Numbered from the stretch's first letter, positions 45,473-57,731 are shown. The stretch is DNA of 64,000 nt from Candidatus Methylomirabilales bacterium (GCA_046758505.1 JBHIAH010000006.1:1544-65543), one strand, 5' to 3'. Notes: a model not told the origin generated them from the letters alone. Made by a program: numbers and translations.

Positions 45473-45811
45473 TCACCCCACCACCGTGTAACGGCGGATG
45501 TCCGGCTCCACCGCCACGAGCGGCGGGAGCCTACCGGCAGTCTCTTTGAAGTGGTTGGTAGCGATGTGGGCTTTGAACGCCGCGTCGCTCTCCCACTCCT
45601 CCACAAAGGTAAAGTCGGTCGGATCCGCTTGATTTTGGAGCAATTCGTAGCGAACGCAGCCCGGCTCCCCACGGGTGGGCTCGATCAGGCGCGTGAGAAC
45701 GGCGCGCAACTCGTCCACCTTCCCCGGCAGTGCCACGATCCGGGCGACGACTCTTACGGAATTCTCCGACACTTCCCCCTCCTTTCCGCATTCGCGTGCA
45801 GAACCACACAA
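45473..45811 (-). CDS. antibiotic-biosynthesis-monooxygenase (ABM/YgiN-like) domain protein
   Basis: VRVVARIVALPGK..L..L...TR.EPGCVRYEL.Q...DP..F.FVEEW.S..A...H. The true start is probably a few codons inside the track ORF. Confidence 0.72.
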   Translation of the reverse strand: MCGSARECGKEGEVSENSVRVVARIVALPGKVDELRAVLTRLIEPTRGEPGCVRYELLQNQADPTDFTFVEEWESDAAFKAHIATNHFKETAGRLPPLVAVEPDIRRYTVVG

Positions 45812-46027
45812 AGACCCCTTTCCCCTTGAACATCATGCGTCTGCTGCTGAGGGTGGCTGTGAGTGCCGCCCGGTTGACCGAATGTCGCGCAGCACATGTC
45901 CGAGCCCCCAGATGCTCTGAACCCTCGGCAAGTTCTTCACGCTGCCAACGATCGCATCCCGATCGTCCCCGGGATCGAGGTCCAAGCGCTCACCCGGGCC
46001 ACACTCCAAGGGGGGTCGCACTGGCTC

Positions 46028-46375
46028 TCAGCGCCATGCTGCCGGCGTGAATCGCTGTCGCACCATCCCGCCGAGATACTGGCCTGCAAAGTATGCGCCC
46101 ACCAGTATCGGAAAGGTCGCGAGCTGCCATCCCAATCCCGAAAGGATTCTTAGGCCCGCCACCACGGGAACTGGCGCGTGCACAGCGACAAACCACGCAA
46201 GTGAAAACTTCCTCACGCCTGACCGCCAATAGCCAAATGGGACGTTGACCACTACCACTGCAATCGCTACTACCCACACACTACCCACAACGCTTCCACA
46301 ATCTGACGTTGCGATAACCAACGGACAGCCGCACAACCCGTGCTTCCGGTCAACGGGGCACATCCGAAGCTGCAC
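46028..46375 (-). CDS. hypothetical membrane protein
   Basis: 115 aa with 3 hydrophobic segments and a Cys-rich N-terminus. No family recognised. Confidence 0.4.
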   Translation of the reverse strand: MQLRMCPVDRKHGLCGCPLVIATSDCGSVVGSVWVVAIAVVVVNVPFGYWRSGVRKFSLAWFVAVHAPVPVVAGLRILSGLGWQLATFPILVGAYFAGQYLGGMVRQRFTPAAWR

Positions 46376-46419
46376 GCTCTTTCACGCCTGCTACCAAACG
46401 CCCCGACTCAGCCTTGTGA

Positions 46420-46830
46420 TTACTTTTTTCTCTCTAGCGGCGCAAGAAAGAAGGTTTTGGCCGAACCAGAATGCACCCAAATCACGGCAATGAGGCCCCT
46501 GAGTCCGTAGATCTGCACCTCCCATACCCGGTCCCCTTTGCGCGCGAATCCTTTGATCTGAACGTCCAGCGTGTGAATGGAAACGACCTTGGCCGTCTGC
46601 AATGCGCGGAGCCCCCCCATCTCCTTGACGTAGGCTTTCACGGCTATCTTCCTCGCCTCCTCCTCTGTTGATACCTTCGCTCCCTCTATCCGGAGAGGTG
46701 ATTCCGCCAATGCGCTGAACCGTCGCAAAACACTCGTACCCTCGGAAACACCAGGCCGAACCACACTCATGACAGTGGCGAGAATGATCACGAATCGCAG
46801 CATTTTCCTACCCCAAACGCCTCCATACAC
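46420..46830 (-). CDS. hypothetical secreted protein
   Basis: 136 aa with a signal-like MLRFVIILATVMSVV after the first 9 residues. Lower GC than neighbours by eye. Confidence 0.45.
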   Translation of the reverse strand: MYGGVWGRKMLRFVIILATVMSVVRPGVSEGTSVLRRFSALAESPLRIEGAKVSTEEEARKIAVKAYVKEMGGLRALQTAKVVSIHTLDVQIKGFARKGDRVWEVQIYGLRGLIAVIWVHSGSAKTFFLAPLERKK

Positions 46831-46848
46831 TGGTCCGCGTTCTCGATC

Positions 46849-47205
46849 TCAGTCCTTCCGCCCAGCATTACCATTCGTGTGTGTCTTGCGGGACCCCCTC
46901 ATCAATCGATTCAGCTGCAGGGTAAATATTGATCCCACGAACAGGATTATAGAGGTCCCCAGGAGCCTCCACACCAGCTCAGAATCCTTCGGTCCCCAAA
47001 GAAGGAGAATGCCGGTAGCCACACCCGTTAACACCGATACAAGACTGACAAGATAGCAGGTCTTATCAATCTTCGAGAATTCGATCATCATACTCCCAAC
47101 CCCAAGCGAGTCCGGATACCCATATACACCGCGTGGTTCAAGCCGATTCGCAAACACAAATATGAGGATCACGACAAAGACAGTTACTACGAGCAAGGAT
47201 ACCAT
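46849..47205 (-). CDS. hypothetical 3-TM membrane protein
   Basis: 118 aa. MVSLLVVTVFVVILIFVF and two further helices. Confidence 0.45.
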   Translation of the reverse strand: MVSLLVVTVFVVILIFVFANRLEPRGVYGYPDSLGVGSMMIEFSKIDKTCYLVSLVSVLTGVATGILLLWGPKDSELVWRLLGTSIILFVGSIFTLQLNRLMRGSRKTHTNGNAGRKD

Positions 47206-47223
47206 TTCCTCCTCTATTGTCCT

Positions 47224-47631
47224 TCATAGCGCTCTACGACGTGCGGTTAGCGGGGAGCGCCACTCCTGCCATGCCCATTGAAGTCCTTCTCTAACAGCTT
47301 CACGGGAAGCTTTGCATCCGCAATGGCCTGGATGCGCCATCGCTTGCGCGGGCGGTTCGTCCTGCGGGTTCTCTCGAAAATACCAGATTATGCCGTTCGC
47401 CTGTTTCAGCCGGACAACTTCTTGTTTCAGCTCTTCAAGAGTCGAAGTCTTTCCGCTGAGATAAATCGTGCCCGCGCGGTCAATTTTCACTTTGGCAATT
47501 TCTTTGAACTCTTTCACTGCGGATCCATTTTGTGCCTGCTCAGCTCGCTGGTCAGCTCTTCGATCGCACCCGACCCCAAAGAAAACTAGGCCAACAAGGA
47601 TTACCCAAATGACCTGCGAGGCAGCCTCCAT
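47224..47631 (-). CDS. hypothetical membrane-anchored protein (possible lipoprotein)
   Basis: 135 aa. N-terminal helix ending GVGC. KIDRAGTIYLSGKTSTLEELK is faintly ExbD/TolR-like. Confidence 0.4.
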   Translation of the reverse strand: MEAASQVIWVILVGLVFFGVGCDRRADQRAEQAQNGSAVKEFKEIAKVKIDRAGTIYLSGKTSTLEELKQEVVRLKQANGIIWYFRENPQDEPPAQAMAHPGHCGCKASREAVREGLQWAWQEWRSPLTARRRAL

Positions 47632-47922
47632 CCTGATTCATGAACGATACGTACCATTCTCCGTAGCCAGCGACCGACAGCGTCCTGAAATACCCTGCCG
47701 GCTCCGGCCAGCTGCCGTTGGCCTCGCCTCCTTTGGAACGAGATTCGAATCCTCCATCTTCCCTGTCTCGGGAGGCGTTGTAGGCAATATACCGGAGCTA
47801 GCCGAAGGGTTCAAGCGCTACCGGGCAAGCACGCGATCCGCTCAGCCTGATAGCCTTTCGGAATCTCTCAAAGAGATACGCGGATCCACAGAGAGATAGG
47901 GAGGATGGTGGGGGCTTTGCCG

Positions 47923-49407
47923 TCAGGGCAGGTCAGTCGAACCCATGAGGTACCGGTCGCACTCGCGCGCGGCGCCGCGTCCCTCATTGATGGCCCAGAC
48001 GACGAGGCTCTGGCCACGCCGCATATCGCCGGCAGCGAAAACACCTTTCACGCTCGTGGCGAACTTCCCATATGTTGCCTTGGCGTTGGACCGCTCGTCC
48101 CGTTCGACGCCGAGCGACCCGAGCACCGTGTCCTCCGGCCCCAAAAAGCCCATGGCAAGCAGCACAAGCTGCGCCGGCCATACCTTCGCAGTACCGGGGA
48201 TTTCTCTGGGGACGGGCCAGCCGTTGTCACCCCGTTCCCATTCGATCTCGACGGTGTGCAACTCTTTGACGTGCCCGCTCTCATCCCCCGCAAACTTCTG
48301 GGTCATGATGCAGAAGTGGCGGGGGTCTCGCCCAAAGATGGCCGTTGCCTCCTCCTGGCCGTAGCCAGCACGGAAGATGTTCGACCACTGTGGCCACGGA
48401 TTGTCGGGGGCGCGTTCCGGGGGGGGCTTTGGCAGGATCTCGAACTGCGTCAGGCTCTTACATCCGTGGCGCATGACAGTAGCGACGCAGTCGGTACCGG
48501 TGTCCCCGCCGCCAATGACGATCACGTCCTTATCCTTGGCGGAAATATACTTGCCGTCCCGATGGTTGCTATCGAGCAGGCTCTTGGTATTGGCCCGCAG
48601 CAACTCCATCGCGAAATGAATACCCCTGAGGTTTCGCCCGTCGATCGGCAGGTCGCGTGGTTTGGTCGCTCCACCGCAGAGGACGGCCGCATCAAATTCC
48701 TTGAGGAGTTTCTCGACAGGATAATCCTTGCCGACCTCGGTACTCGTGACAAACTTCACTCCCTCCTCGGCCAAGAGATCGATACGACGCTGGACAACTC
48801 TCTTGTCCAGGTGGGGATTCGGAATGCCGTACATCAGCAGTCCACCGATGCGGTCGTCCCGTTCGAAGACGGTCACCCAATGACCCGCTTTGTTGAGCTG
48901 GGCTGCACACGCAAGCCCGGCGGGACCGGAGCCGACCACGGCCACTGTCTTGCCCGTGCGAGTGGGAGGAGGCTCGGGAACCACCCATCCTTCTTCAAAG
49001 CCCTTGTCGATAATGGCGCACTCGATGCTCTTGATCGTGACCGGGGGATCGATAATCCCCAGGACACACGCTGCTTCGCAGGGTGCCGGGCAGACCCTGC
49101 CTGTAAACTCGGGGAAATTGTTGGTCTTGTGGAGGCGATCGAGCGCCTCTCTCCAGAGCCCGTGGTAGACCAGGTCGTTCCACTCCGGGATCAGGTTGTT
49201 GGTGGGACAGCCCGAGGTCATGCCCTTGAGGATAATGCCGGTGTGACAGAAAGGCACGCCACAGTCCATACAGCGTGCCCCCTGCGTCTTCAGCGATTTC
49301 TCAGAAGCGTGGAGGTGAAACTCCTGCCAATCACGAACCCGTTCTGCAGGCGGACGGTCCGCCGGGAGCTCGCGCGGGTATTCCATGAATCCCGTCGGCT
49401 TGCCCAT
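47923..49407 (-). CDS. gltD: glutamate synthase (NADPH) small subunit
   Basis: 494 aa. [23 protein letters not shown] and [15 protein letters not shown]. Confidence 0.93.
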   Translation of the reverse strand: MGKPTGFMEYPRELPADRPPAERVRDWQEFHLHASEKSLKTQGARCMDCGVPFCHTGIILKGMTSGCPTNNLIPEWNDLVYHGLWREALDRLHKTNNFPEFTGRVCPAPCEAACVLGIIDPPVTIKSIECAIIDKGFEEGWVVPEPPPTRTGKTVAVVGSGPAGLACAAQLNKAGHWVTVFERDDRIGGLLMYGIPNPHLDKRVVQRRIDLLAEEGVKFVTSTEVGKDYPVEKLLKEFDAAVLCGGATKPRDLPIDGRNLRGIHFAMELLRANTKSLLDSNHRDGKYISAKDKDVIVIGGGDTGTDCVATVMRHGCKSLTQFEILPKPPPERAPDNPWPQWSNIFRAGYGQEEATAIFGRDPRHFCIMTQKFAGDESGHVKELHTVEIEWERGDNGWPVPREIPGTAKVWPAQLVLLAMGFLGPEDTVLGSLGVERDERSNAKATYGKFATSVKGVFAAGDMRRGQSLVVWAINEGRGAARECDRYLMGSTDLP

Positions 49408-49423
49408 TCACTTTCCTCTTAAC

Positions 49424-52400
49424 TCAATTCCCACTCACGCGTGCCAGATCGCGCTTGTTCGCTTCGAACGCCGCCATGGTGGCTTCCTCACCGCTCAGGC
49501 CAGCCTCCTCGACGCGCCTCATCGCTTCGAGCACCCGCTTGAAGTCCTTCGGAAGAACCTTGACGAACTTCGGCACCATTTTTTCCCACCGAGCCAGGAT
49601 GAATCCCGCACGCTCGCTGTTGGTATACTCGGCATGCCGGCCGACCATGCTTTCCACTTTCTTGATCTCCTGATCGTCCTCCAGCCGTTCCAGATAGACC
49701 ATCTCCTGGTTACACCGCCTGTGGAAGTCGCCGGACTCGTCCAACACGTACGCGATGCCGCCCGACATGCCGGCGGCAAAGTTGCGCCCCGTAGGACCGA
49801 GTACGACAACACATCCACCGGTCATGTACTCGCAGCCGTGATCCCCCACAGCTTCGATGACGGCATGCACGCCGCTATTCCGGACGCAGAACCGCTCGCC
49901 GGCCATTCCTCGAATGTAGGCTTCCCCACCCGTGGCACCATAGAATGCCACGTTTCCGATGATGATGTTTTCCTCGGGCACGAAGGTCGAGCCTTCGGGC
50001 GGGTAGACAATGATCTTTCCGCCGGAAAGCCCCTTGCCGATGTAATCGTTGGAGTCCCCTTCGAGGATCAGTGTGATGCCTCGCGGGACGAAGGCGCCGA
50101 AACTCTGGCCAGCCGATCCCTTAAAATGGAGTCGGACCGTGTCTTCCGGCAGGCCGTCGCCGCCATACCGCCGGGACACTTCGCTGCCCAAGATCGTTCC
50201 CACCACGCGGTTCGTGTTGTGGATGGGGAGGGTCGCCCGTATCGCCTCCCCCCACTCAAGCGCCGGCTTACAGAGGTCCAGAAGCACCCGTCTGTCGAGC
50301 GATCTGTCCAGCCCATGATCCTGAGGAATCTGGCAGTGGCGCCCCACGTCCGGTGGGACGTTCGGCTGATACAGGATGGCCGAAAAGTCGAGACCCTTCG
50401 CCTTCCAGTGATCGACGGCACTGCGTACATCGAGCTTATCGACCCGGCCGATCATCTCGTCGACGGTGCGGAATCCCAACTGCGCCATCCACTCACGCAT
50501 TTCCTGGGCGATGAAGTGCATGAAATTTACGACATGCTGCGGGTCTCCGGTGAACTTCTTGCGCAGCTCTGGATTCTGCGTCGCGATGCCGACCGGACAC
50601 GTATCGAGATGGCAAACCCGCATCATCAGACACCCCAGTACGATGAGAGGGGCCGTCGAAAATCCAAACTCTTCCGCCCCGAGGAGCGCCGCAATGACGA
50701 CATCGCGGCCGGTCTTGATCTGCCCGTCGGTTTCTACCACGATCCGGCTGCGCAGGTTGTTGAGGACAAGGGTCTGGTGTGTTTCGGCCACTCCCAGCTC
50801 CCACGGAAGACCGGCATGCTTGATGCTGCTCTGCGGGGAGGCACCCGTACCGCCGTCATACCCGCTGATCAGCACCACATCGGCATGCCCCTTTGACACA
50901 CCGGCAGCGATCGTGCCTACGCCCACCTCCGACACCAGCTTGACGTTGATCCGAGCATTGTGATTGGCGTTCTTGAGGTCATGGATCAGCTCGGCCAAGT
51001 CCTCGATCGAGTAGATGTCGTGGTGGGGGGGCGGCGAGATCAGGCCCACACCAGGCGTCGAGTATCGGACCTTGGCGATCCAGGGATAGACCTTGCGACC
51101 CGGCAACTGTCCCCCTTCTCCGGGCTTCGCCCCCTGGGCCATCTTGATCTGGAGCTCCCGTGCGTTAACGAGATATTCGCTGGTGACACCGAACCTCCCC
51201 GAGGCAACTTGCTTGATGGCGCTCGAGCGCGAGTCCCCGTTGGAGTCTGGGATATAGCGCGCCGGATCCTCCCCGCCTTCACCCGAGTTGCTCTTGCCAC
51301 CGATCCGATTCATGGCGATGGCCAAGCTTTCATGCGTCTCCTGGCTGATGGAGCCGTACGACATCGCTCCGGACTTAAAACGCCGGCAGATGGATTCCAC
51401 CGGCTCGACGTCCTCCAGGGGGATCGGTTCGGAGCCCAGCCTCAACTCCAGAAGTCCGCGCAGCGTGGCGAGCTTCTTGGACTGGTTGTTGACCAGTTCC
51501 GCGTATTCCTTGTAGGCGCGATAGTCGTTCGTGCGGCAGGCCATCTGCAGCTTGTGCACCGTGGCCGGGTTGTACATGTGATACTCCCCGTCACGGCGCC
51601 ACTGATACTGGCCGCCGACGTCGAGGGTCCGGCCCTCAACCGGGCGGTCCGGGAACGCATGGGCGTGTCGCATCTCGACTTCATGCGCCAGCACCTCAAT
51701 CCCAACACCCCCCACCCGAGAGGGGGTCCAGGTGAAGTACCGGTCGACGACGGCGTGGTTGAGGCCGACCGCCTCAAAGATCTGAGCGCCTCGGTAACTT
51801 TGGATCGTCGAGATGCCCATCTTCGACATGACCTTGACGACCCCCTTCACGGCGGCCTTGATGTAGTTTTTGACTGCTCGGTCAACGGTGATGTCGGTCA
51901 GCATCCCCTCCCGAATCATGTCGTCCAACGTTTCATACACCAGATACGGATTAATGGCGCCCGCACCGTAGCCGACCAGCAGGGAGAAGTGGTGGACCTC
52001 ACGGGGTTCCCCGGATTCGAGGACCAGTCCCACCTTCGTCCGCGTGCCTTCACGAATGAGATGGTGGTGGAGGCCTGACACCGCCAGGAGCGCAGGTATC
52101 GGCGCCTTCTCACCGTCGACCCCCCGGTCCGACAGAATAAGGATGTTGGCCCCTTCGGCGATGGCGCCGCTTGCCTGGCGGCACAGCCCATCCATGGCCC
52201 GCTCCAATCCCGGGCCTCCCTCGGGGGCCGCAAAGAGAATCGGCAACGTCACCGCCTTGAAGCTGGGGAGATCGATGTGCCGAAGCTTTTCCAGTTCCTC
52301 GTTCGTCAGAATCGGCGTCTTCAGCCTGATCTGGCGGCAGGTTTCCGGATCCGGGGCAAGGAGATTCCGCTCCGACCCGAGCATCGTTTCCGTGGCCGTG

Positions 52401-54076
52401 ATGATCTCCTCACGGATGGAATCGATCGGGGGATTGGTGACTTGCGCAAAGAGCTGCTTGAAATAGTTGTAGAGCAGCTGAGGACGGTCGGACAGCACCG
52501 CCAGCGGCGTGTCGTTCCCCATCGAGCCGACGGGTTCGACGCCATCCCTGGCCATCGGTCCGATAATGATGCGCAGCTCTTCGAAGGTGTAGCCGAACGC
52601 CTGCTGGCGCTCGAGCACTGTCTCACGATCTCGTCCGGCAACAGGGGGAGATTCGGGGAGGCCTTCGAGCGGCACCAGGCGCTCATCCAGCCACAGGCGG
52701 TAAGGATGCTCGGTCGCCATGCGGTGCTTGAGCTCTTCGTCCCCCACGATCCGTCCCTCTTCGGTATCCACCAGGAGCATCCGGCCCGGCTGGAGACGCC
52801 CCTTGTGGAGCACGCGGTCCGGCGGGACGTCGAGCACACCCACCTCCGAGGCCATGATGACCAGGTCGTCCTTTGTCACGTAGTACCGCGACGGGCGCAG
52901 GCCGTTCCGGTCGAGCACCGCACCGACTCGTGCGCCATCGGTAAAGGCGATGGAAGCGGGACCGTCCCACGGCTCCATCAGGCTACTGTGGTACTCGTAG
53001 AACGCCTTCTTTGCGTCGCTCATGCTCTCGTGGTTCGACCACGGTTCCGGAATCATCATCATGACGGCATGCGGCAGAGACCGGCCGGCCAGGACGAGAA
53101 ACTCCAGGCAGTTATCGAACATGGCCGAGTCGCTTCCATCGGGTTGGATGACAGGCAGGAGCTTGGGCACATCATCTTTGAAGAGATCGGATGTGAACAT
53201 CGACTGCCGCGCGTGCATCCAGTTCACGTTCCCGCGCAGCGTATTGATCTCACCGTTGTGGATCAAATACCGGTACGGATGGGCGCGTTCCCAACTCGGG
53301 AAGGTGTTCGTGCTGAATCGCGAATGGACCAGGACCAGGGCGGCTTCCATGGCGGGATCCGACAGATCCGGGTAGTATTCCTCGAGCTGCTCCGCCGTGA
53401 GCATCCCCTTGTACACGACTGTCTTATAGGAGAGGCTGGTGAGATAGAAGTATTTTCCGCCCGGCATCCCGGAGTACCGAACGGCGTTTTCGGCCCGCTT
53501 CCGAATGACGTAGAGTTTTCGCTCAAAGGCCAGCTCGTCCTGGATCGTGGGATCACACCCGATGAACACCTGGCGCACACACGGTTCACACGACAGGGCC
53601 GTGCGTCCCAGGGAGGCATTGCATGTTGGGACCGTCCGCCATCCCAGCAGGCGCTGCCCCTCCTCCGCAATGATCTCCTCGAAGCGCTTCTCGCACTGCC
53701 GGCGCTCGGAGGGATCGGGGGGGAGAAAGACCATCCCGACGCCATACTCGCCAAAGGAGGGGAGATGAATGCCGGCCGCGGCACATGCCTGCCGGAAAAA
53801 GGCATGCGGTGTCTGTAGCAGCAAGCCTGCACCGTCGCCGGTGTCGGGCTCGGCGCCGCGGGCACCCCGATGGGTCAGGTTCTGGAGTACCGTGAGCGCC
53901 TGGCGCACGATCTCGTTCGACTTTACCCCCTTGACGTTCACAACAAAGCCGATGCCGCACGCGTCGTGCTCGAACCGGGGATCGTATAAACCTTGTCTCG
54001 GGGGAAATCCGACGGATTTCACGTTACGTCCCTTCTCCGGACGAAACACTGAGTTCGGGACTGCCTCATTGCTCAA
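49424..54076 (-). CDS. gltB: glutamate synthase large subunit
   Basis: 1550 aa. The N-terminal amidotransferase domain begins with CGIGFV, followed by the FMN/3Fe-4S central domain and a C-terminal GXGXG beta-helix domain. Confidence 0.95.
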   Translation of the reverse strand: MSNEAVPNSVFRPEKGRNVKSVGFPPRQGLYDPRFEHDACGIGFVVNVKGVKSNEIVRQALTVLQNLTHRGARGAEPDTGDGAGLLLQTPHAFFRQACAAAGIHLPSFGEYGVGMVFLPPDPSERRQCEKRFEEIIAEEGQRLLGWRTVPTCNASLGRTALSCEPCVRQVFIGCDPTIQDELAFERKLYVIRKRAENAVRYSGMPGGKYFYLTSLSYKTVVYKGMLTAEQLEEYYPDLSDPAMEAALVLVHSRFSTNTFPSWERAHPYRYLIHNGEINTLRGNVNWMHARQSMFTSDLFKDDVPKLLPVIQPDGSDSAMFDNCLEFLVLAGRSLPHAVMMMIPEPWSNHESMSDAKKAFYEYHSSLMEPWDGPASIAFTDGARVGAVLDRNGLRPSRYYVTKDDLVIMASEVGVLDVPPDRVLHKGRLQPGRMLLVDTEEGRIVGDEELKHRMATEHPYRLWLDERLVPLEGLPESPPVAGRDRETVLERQQAFGYTFEELRIIIGPMARDGVEPVGSMGNDTPLAVLSDRPQLLYNYFKQLFAQVTNPPIDSIREEIITATETMLGSERNLLAPDPETCRQIRLKTPILTNEELEKLRHIDLPSFKAVTLPILFAAPEGGPGLERAMDGLCRQASGAIAEGANILILSDRGVDGEKAPIPALLAVSGLHHHLIREGTRTKVGLVLESGEPREVHHFSLLVGYGAGAINPYLVYETLDDMIREGMLTDITVDRAVKNYIKAAVKGVVKVMSKMGISTIQSYRGAQIFEAVGLNHAVVDRYFTWTPSRVGGVGIEVLAHEVEMRHAHAFPDRPVEGRTLDVGGQYQWRRDGEYHMYNPATVHKLQMACRTNDYRAYKEYAELVNNQSKKLATLRGLLELRLGSEPIPLEDVEPVESICRRFKSGAMSYGSISQETHESLAIAMNRIGGKSNSGEGGEDPARYIPDSNGDSRSSAIKQVASGRFGVTSEYLVNARELQIKMAQGAKPGEGGQLPGRKVYPWIAKVRYSTPGVGLISPPPHHDIYSIEDLAELIHDLKNANHNARINVKLVSEVGVGTIAAGVSKGHADVVLISGYDGGTGASPQSSIKHAGLPWELGVAETHQTLVLNNLRSRIVVETDGQIKTGRDVVIAALLGAEEFGFSTAPLIVLGCLMMRVCHLDTCPVGIATQNPELRKKFTGDPQHVVNFMHFIAQEMREWMAQLGFRTVDEMIGRVDKLDVRSAVDHWKAKGLDFSAILYQPNVPPDVGRHCQIPQDHGLDRSLDRRVLLDLCKPALEWGEAIRATLPIHNTNRVVGTILGSEVSRRYGGDGLPEDTVRLHFKGSAGQSFGAFVPRGITLILEGDSNDYIGKGLSGGKIIVYPPEGSTFVPEENIIIGNVAFYGATGGEAYIRGMAGERFCVRNSGVHAVIEAVGDHGCEYMTGGCVVVLGPTGRNFAAGMSGGIAYVLDESGDFHRRCNQEMVYLERLEDDQEIKKVESMVGRHAEYTNSERAGFILARWEKMVPKFVKVLPKDFKRVLEAMRRVEEAGLSGEEATMAAFEANKRDLARVSGN

Positions 54077-54426
54077 CAGGTCTTTTCGGGAGGCCTCGGG
54101 ACCCAGGACACACCCCCACGCCCCGCCCCTTCAAGGCATGGAACACCCCTCCTCCCACTCGCCCATCGGAGCCGGCGTCCCATAGAATGTTTTTATCCCA
54201 ACCGGGATTCCTTGTCAATCAAAGACTTCCGAACTTCGTGACCCTTTTTTAGGCACGAGTTTGACGCCCAGGGCAAGCTCGTCTTGGCTGACCGGGATCA
54301 GTGTTAAACCCTGATTTAGGCCACCGGGACGCGCCCCTCTTCCCTCAATACTCGACCCTTTGTGAATTCTGGATAGGCGGGGAACCCCGACAGCATACCC
54401 GGCGGGGGGGGTTGAACCCCAACCAC

Positions 54427-54981
54427 TCATGTTGGCAGGCGCTTGCGCAGCCACCGGATCTGGCCCCGGTGATTGATCTCGTCCTCGAAAACGTGAAACC
54501 ACTTGAAGTAATTGTTGGCGGGCTGGCCGCCCCAAAAGGGAGCCTGTTCCGAGAGCCACTCGTCAGTCCGGTCGCCAAACTCGTTCAGGGTCTTTCGTCG
54601 GACGCTTCCGAGCAGCTCCACGTAATACTCCAGTGGATGGCCCCGGACCTCCTTCCTCGCCTTTTCGCCGAGATCCAGCAGCGTGTCCCACCGGCGTCTC
54701 TCATCAGGGGTCAGGCCGCGCCCCTCGAACGTGTCCACCTGATACGCCACCTCCACGGCGGCGATATGCCCCAGCAGAGCCCCGATCGTGTTACTCTGAG
54801 GGTCGTGCAGGTAGTCGAGCTGGCTGGTCGTTAGCCCTTGCACCGCCATCAACGTCGTGTACCGCGCGTAGTTCATCATCACCACCAGTCGGCCAATCTG
54901 AGGCGTGTAGCCTGGGAGATCCCGGACCAGAAACGGGCTTCCACCACTCTCATGCATCGCCAAACCCCCCGCGTACCACAT
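54427..54981 (-). CDS. DinB-superfamily protein
   Basis: 184 aa. Four-helix pattern with LLGHIAA and HVFEDEINHRGQI (His triad). Confidence 0.72.
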   Translation of the reverse strand: MWYAGGLAMHESGGSPFLVRDLPGYTPQIGRLVVMMNYARYTTLMAVQGLTTSQLDYLHDPQSNTIGALLGHIAAVEVAYQVDTFEGRGLTPDERRRWDTLLDLGEKARKEVRGHPLEYYVELLGSVRRKTLNEFGDRTDEWLSEQAPFWGGQPANNYFKWFHVFEDEINHRGQIRWLRKRLPT

Positions 54982-55127
54982 TCCGGTGTACTACCTGATT
55001 GAATTTGTCCATCCTTACGCCTTAACGCCGGCCCCTAGGGGCCGTCCGCATCGTTCGGTGGGGATTCGCGACGGAATTTCTAAAGGCGGTATACCCAATT
55101 TATTTGCTAGCGAATTTCAGAATATGA

Positions 55128-55856
55128 TCAGTGGGTGTTTTGCTCGATCCAATCGAAGAGTCGTCTTGGATCGATCCGCAAGACATGCCGTTGGCCAGGA
55201 AGAACGGTAAGGGAGGCCCGGGCTTTGGCCTGCTGAAGCGCTCTGAGGGTGTTTTCGGCGAGGCGCTTCCACGACACGTCTCGCCCCCCGACAAGAAGCC
55301 ATACATGTTTCCCCATCAGGCTCTCGAGATCCTTCGCGGGCCCCCGATACCCCCCGGGTAAGACGACAACCGCCCCAAACCACCCTGGCTCGGCGACGGC
55401 CGCGTAGAAGGCGCCCAACCCCCCGTTTGATGCCCCGGTCAGGGTAACCCGGCCCTTGTCATACAGCACGTTCGTATCCATCCAGTCAAAGACCGCCGTG
55501 AGAAGTGCAACCGCATCGGTCCGCAGGACCAGTCCGAAAACCTCAGGAGCAACAACGATATAGCCCCGTTCGTAGGCCTCTTGCTCCCAATATGCTTCGA
55601 GGTTGACCTGTACCATTCGGGCATTCCCCGGACCTGGAGGAAGCGTGAAAATCACGGGATATCTTTTCGCCGCGTCATAACTTCTTGGGAGGACAACCGT
55701 GACAGGGAGACGGGTCTGATGGTTACCGTAGGTGAGTACGATCTTTTGTTCTGCAATTCTCGCCGCGGAGGCGGGGGCCACCAACAAAGCACACTGCGCA
55801 ATGAGCATAAACAATAGGCACCATGATTTCCTCACAGCGGACTCCGTGTACGACAA
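55128..55856 (-). CDS. secreted alpha/beta-hydrolase esterase
   Basis: 242 aa, signal peptide, nucleophile elbow GASNGG, and a late GGRD.. ..GQRH. Confidence 0.68.
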   Translation of the reverse strand: MSYTESAVRKSWCLLFMLIAQCALLVAPASAARIAEQKIVLTYGNHQTRLPVTVVLPRSYDAAKRYPVIFTLPPGPGNARMVQVNLEAYWEQEAYERGYIVVAPEVFGLVLRTDAVALLTAVFDWMDTNVLYDKGRVTLTGASNGGLGAFYAAVAEPGWFGAVVVLPGGYRGPAKDLESLMGKHVWLLVGGRDVSWKRLAENTLRALQQAKARASLTVLPGQRHVLRIDPRRLFDWIEQNTH

Positions 55857-55883
55857 ATGTGCCTGTCCCCTTGCTCGATCAGA

Positions 55884-56306
55884 TCAGCGCCATCCGATGG
55901 GCTTATAGCCTCGCTCACGCAGACATTCCTCGACGTACCGTTTCTGAACAGGATCCAGATTTCGGGAGCGGGAGAGCCCTCGTATCAGGCCCCCCGTGCC
56001 CCCACCGGCGGCCCCCGCCGCCGCGCCACGCCCAGCGTGGCCAGTCACCGCACTGACTGCCGCACCAACTGCGGCGCCTGCAGCAGCGCCTCCCGCGGTG
56101 TGGCCGACGACTTTTCTTCCCGGCCGCGATTCCAGTCCGGCCTCGGCTGCGAGGTTGATACACTCATCGATGTCGCGCTCCGCGGCAACCCGTCCCACTT
56201 CCCGAAGCCGCTCATTCGGATAGAGGACCGGACGTTTCGATGCGCATGCCGCGCTGAAAACAAGGATCCCTAGCACCATTATCAGACGCAGGCGATTGTT
56301 CCTCAT
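55884..56306 (-). CDS. glycine-zipper lipoprotein
   Basis: Start at MRNNRLRLIMVLGILVFSAAC (ATG 56306). Central GGAAAGAAVGAAVSAVTGHAGRGAAAGAAGGG zipper. Confidence 0.6.
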   Translation of the reverse strand: MRNNRLRLIMVLGILVFSAACASKRPVLYPNERLREVGRVAAERDIDECINLAAEAGLESRPGRKVVGHTAGGAAAGAAVGAAVSAVTGHAGRGAAAGAAGGGTGGLIRGLSRSRNLDPVQKRYVEECLRERGYKPIGWR

Positions 56307-56477
56307 GTGACACTCGACCCTGGTTGTCATCGAGTAGCCCGACGATGCCTGGTGGGGGGTGTTGCCTGCACGCCATGACCTGGCAGCGGGCTTATGGCTT
56401 GTCCGTGAACTCCAATAGAACAAGCTAAGGAAGGTTGATCGCTCGTGTTTTCAGACAAGTGTTCGCCTGTAATTCCG

Positions 56478-56840
56478 CTATCCCTTCTTGACATTAAAGA
56501 ACAGTTGCTTGTCTTTGCGCCGCCGGTCAATCCGTGCGTGGCCAGTCGCAACCAGAACATAGAGGATGTTGAGGGCCTCGAGCGCCGAGCCGACAAGGCG
56601 GGGATTCCGTGAACGTCTATGCACATCCTGTGAGGTGACTCCCTGTTTCCCCCCGGCAAGCCGCTGGACATAGCGTACCGCCTCGATATCTACGACGTTG
56701 AAATTCCCCGCTTTGCGCTTCGTGCGGGAAAATGAGCATATGAAATAGAACTTCTCCCCCTCGAACACATGGTACGTCTGAATTTGACCCTTGACCTTCC
56801 CCCGAAAGGTCAGACCCGCGCCGAGACTCTTAAGATTCAT
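56478..56840 (-). CDS. hypothetical basic protein
   Basis: ATG 56840 is preceded by a strong AGGAGGG RBS. 120 aa, Lys/Arg-rich, no family recognised. Confidence 0.45.
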   Translation of the reverse strand: MNLKSLGAGLTFRGKVKGQIQTYHVFEGEKFYFICSFSRTKRKAGNFNVVDIEAVRYVQRLAGGKQGVTSQDVHRRSRNPRLVGSALEALNILYVLVATGHARIDRRRKDKQLFFNVKKG

Positions 56841-57254
56841 GATTCCCTCCTGTAGAGGCTTCTTCCCGCATGCTCGCATGCGGTTTACCACGAAACGGAC
56901 CGGCGGTATTATCCCTTAAACGTTGCTGCCGTGCAGTCTATTTCGCCCTCCTCGGATCGAGACTCAAATCCCATGCTTCCTGCCTCAAGGGGACTTGGTG
57001 TGCCGAGTGCTGTCGTGAGAGACGACCCAGAGAGACTGATATTTTGTTTGTGTATTCAGTCCTGACCCCCTCCGCAGACACGTTGAGAACATGGGACAGG
57101 ATACGGCCCGTAGCCAATCAAAGGCGCGGTGGCATGAAACGTTTCTATCTCTACCCCGTCTCGGAGTCAAGAAAAGACTCCCGGCCCTTTTTTGACGAAC
57201 GCGACTGTGGTACAATTGCGCTGCCCAGGAGACTTGAACAGGGAGTTCCCATTC

Positions 57255-57731
57255 ATGGATAGCGAGATCAAGGAGCACATCCCGGCCCCGCCCCCCGTAG
57301 TCGGTAATCACAGCAAGGTGATCCGGCACCGGGGAAACTTTACCTGGCAGGATATTCCCCTCGAGCCATACAAAGAGACGACCGAGACCTGGAAGCGCAT
57401 CACGCGCCGCGAGCTATCGGGGAAACGCGGGGAGTCCCAGCGGTTTCACGTGCGGTATTTCGAGATCGCCCCCGGCGGCTATAGCACACTGGAAAAGCAT
57501 GAACACGAACACGTCGTCATTCCGCTGCGGGGGCGAGGCGAGGCTCAGTTCGGCTGCTATATCTACAAGGTAGGGTTGGGGGATGTGGTGTACGTCGCGC
57601 CGAACGACCCCCATCAGTTTCGCAACCCCGAGAACGCACAAGAACCGTTCGGCTTTCTCTGTATTGTCAACGCCGAACGCGATACACCGCAGACCGTGGA
57701 CGGCGTTGGCTTCTGCCATATTTGTGAGTGA
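57255..57731 (+). CDS. cupin-domain protein
   Basis: Start at MDSEIKEH. FEIAPGGYSTLEKHEHEHVVIPLRG and GDVVYVAPNDPHQFRN are the two cupin motifs. Confidence 0.75.
   Translation: MDSEIKEHIPAPPPVVGNHSKVIRHRGNFTWQDIPLEPYKETTETWKRITRRELSGKRGESQRFHVRYFEIAPGGYSTLEKHEHEHVVIPLRGRGEAQFGCYIYKVGLGDVVYVAPNDPHQFRNPENAQEPFGFLCIVNAERDTPQTVDGVGFCHICE

Noticed and set aside
47735-47760. tRNA T-arm-like string TTCGAATCC in the gltD-downstream spacer.
   Set aside because: The flanking bases cannot form the 5-bp T stem on either strand. No acceptor stem or anticodon arm could be built.
47905-53818. Very long plus-strand ORFs (505, 503, 372 and 513 aa) opposite gltD and gltB.
   Set aside because: These are antisense shadow ORFs of a high-GC gene. 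Their products are low-complexity, Arg/Gly/Pro/His-rich and lack motifs, while the minus strand encodes unmistakable GltB and GltD.
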